DNA from: Macrostomum lignano
Taxonomy: Eukaryota
Length of the DNA stretch: 64,000 bases
NCBI GenBank assembly: GCA_002269645.1
Contig: NIVC01000035.1
Location: 248,001-312,000, forward strand
Direction: 5' to 3'
The notes beneath the pieces were generated by a model. It ran no database searches. It saw only the letters and a program-made list of their open reading frames with translations, and was not told the origin of the DNA. A program made the position numbers and the translations under genes. Shown piece by piece: positions 61,223 through 64,000 of the stretch (its first letter is position 1; each line of letters begins with the position of its first letter).

Positions 61223-62135
61223 TGAATTTTGAGTTTAGACTCTAGAATCTCACTCATCATCTCAAATGAGCACATCAAATCCATGAGCATTCCTACGCCA
61301 GTCGAGCGTGTAATGACTCGGGATTAAGGCTTGGTAGGCTTAACTCACACAACAAAGAAATCGTTCGATATAGTTATTAAAATGGACCCATTTTTACCTT
61401 TATATGCCACCAAATTTGAGTTGGCATTGATGTCGAAAGACAGTGATTACTATTTATAATACCCTATAGCTCAGATCAGGTGAACCATGCAATGCTCAAA
61501 CTGTCAAATCTAATTTATTGGCTTCGGGACAGAACGATCATACTCATAGTTACAGCGGTTCGCCTCTGCACGAATTCCGGATTCAGAAATAATCAAATTA
61601 TGAGTCTCCTTACCAAGGTTAGAGTAGGGTATAGAGGTTTCAAAACGATTTTAACTCATTTTAGCTTCATGCATGCGAGGGAATTAGCGAGCTATAGGAG
61701 CTGCTCGTATTATGTGCTTGGCTGGAGTTGAGTAGACCAGGGGGTGAATGAATTGGAACAAAGACAGGGCAACAATCAGTGGAGTGCCAGTGCCAGCTTA
61801 ACCCTTCAAAGCGTGTTCTTCACCTACTCAGCTGTCGAGCTCATCAAATTGTCGAACATTTTCCACTGGGAAAAAGTACTTTGACTATAGAACAATGAGA
61901 TTAGGCTTAACAAAACGCAAATTTGTTAGGTTTTTTCCTCAGATATGCAGGGAAGTCAAGTCTGTGGAAGGTGAAACAATGATTTCAATGAGTGATTGAC
62001 AGGTAAGGAGTTGAGCTTGAGAATGAGAGGAGAGTGGCGAAGCAGACAAGGATTTGTAGTGACAATTAATAAGGTGAATTATTGCAGATGAAATCTGCGA
62101 TTTCGATTGTTAAAAAGACTATAATGTGCAGCTTA

Positions 62136-62545
62136 CCATCTATCTGTCATCTATCTACCATCTAACTAGCATCTATCTGCCATCTATCTACCATCCAACT
62201 AGCATCTATCTGCCATCTATCTGCCATCTATCTACCATCCAACTAGCATCTATCTGCCATCTATCTACCATCCAACTAGCATCTATCTGCCATCTATCTA
62301 CCATCCAACTAGCATCTATCTGCCATCTATCTGCCATCTATCTACCATCAAACTAGCATCTATCTACCATCTATCTACCATTTAACTAGCATCTATCTGC
62401 CATCTACTTGTCATATATCTACACCCAACTGCCATCTATCTATCATCTATCTACACATAACTGCCATCTATCTACCATCTATCTACCATCTAACTGCCAT
62501 CTATCTATCTCCCATTTTCTCGCATCTATCTGCCATCTATCTGCG
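62136..62545 (+). repeat. 33-bp TCTA-derived minisatellite
   Basis: Unit atctatctaccatccaactagcatctatctgcc. Confidence 0.9.
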
Positions 62546-63675
62546 TTTCTGGACACAATTCTGCACAAAGTTTAAATTTCGAACATTAAAAAACATCAGA
62601 TATATCAATAACACAAAAGACTTGTTTGACAAAACCACCAGTGCAATACTCGTATAGAGGTTTCTGCATCCGAATGCATGTGACAGATTAGTATACCAAC
62701 ATATGTATTTCTTTTATTACAAAAGTACGGCACCAAACAGCAAGAGAAGAAGCTTATCTTAATAATAACAATGCCTTCGAAAAAATGCTGCAAATTTTTC
62801 TAAGTGGTTCGTGAAAAATTCCGACTAAAATTGTACTTTTTGGAGAGTGAAAACGCTTTATGAAATATCGGATTTTGGGAATGATTTGTTGTGTTGCACA
62901 GCGCTGAATGAGTCTTGGCCATAGACAACTTCGTCTAGGGAACAATGGCTAAAGCAGCTCTCCTCTCTTTAATCTCCTCTCTTCTCTTTTCCTAGTTCAA
63001 GTTTCCACTCCTCAATATCCGAGTTTTATCTTTCCTCCCCTGTTTTCCGAGCCATGCAAAATGACACAGAAAAATCAAAGACAGAATTAGCAATTGTTTT
63101 GGCTTTCAATATCAGCTCGGCTCTCTCCTTGCCCATTTTAGGTCTTCTGGGATGATGAAGATGGAAGAAATTGACGCTATAGCCTTGAATAATTAAAGCA
63201 ATTTGAACAGCGTATAGTATAGAGCAAAGGGAGAGTGAAGAGGGGCCAAGAAAATTAGTCCGATATTGAAGGAAACAAGCGGCTTTCCCTTCCGCAGCTG
63301 CTGCTGCAGTTTGCGTTTGCTTCTGCTGACTTTTGGGAGGCGGCCGAGAAGGAGGGGCCACAAAGGGAAGTGAAAACTGGCAGCATGAAAGCCCAGTAAG
63401 ACGTCGGGGCCTATGTGTGTGTGTGACTCACGCCAGCCACTCTCTGGCCCTCCTTCTCTTCCCTCCTCTCTGCTGCAAGTGAGGCTGCTGCCTGTCTCCA
63501 ATTTCACCTTTGAAATCGCGCTTCTGCCGCCTCTCGCGGTGTCACTCGCTGGCTCTCGCACACGGGAAGACTCTGATCTGTGCTCTTGTTCAAAACAAAC
63601 TGTTGGACATTGAAGCCGGTGATGGATAGAAGCCAGAGGTCGCGACGCACGATTGACAGTACTGTATCTAGCTCG

Positions 63676-64000
<325 letters not shown>

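Overview
Repeat-rich eukaryotic (invertebrate) genomic DNA with spliceosomal introns. The LINE relic, TTAGGG-like repeats and minisatellite-laden introns suggest a flatworm such as Macrostomum, but this is inference only. (1) 0.1-6.1 kb: two tandem, intronless, minus-strand atypical nicotinic-receptor-like (Cys-loop) genes. One is intact (399 aa) and the other carries a single TGG>TGA nonsense change. They are about 98% identical except for a 38-bp tract over ligand-binding loop C that differs at 15 positions. (2) Decayed Tc1/IS630-type and RTE-like LINE relics, and an AT-rich island with a 120-aa orphan ORF. (3) 11.5-30.3 kb: a complete 13-exon, 1633-aa thioester-less, LDLa-containing alpha2-macroglobulin/TEP gene (Mcr/Tep6-like). 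Nearly every intron holds a different tandem repeat, including an array of 18 copies of its own 5' splice site and a nested insertion containing a 393-bp foldback MITE with an 8-bp TSD. (4) 30.6-64 kb: mostly mini- and microsatellites, a 2.4-kb tandem duplication, possible unresolved exons, and a CRE/TATA-preceded signal-peptide exon at 57.1 kb. No CRISPR array, rRNA or convincing intact tRNA. Most long ORFs in the supplied track are repeat artefacts.
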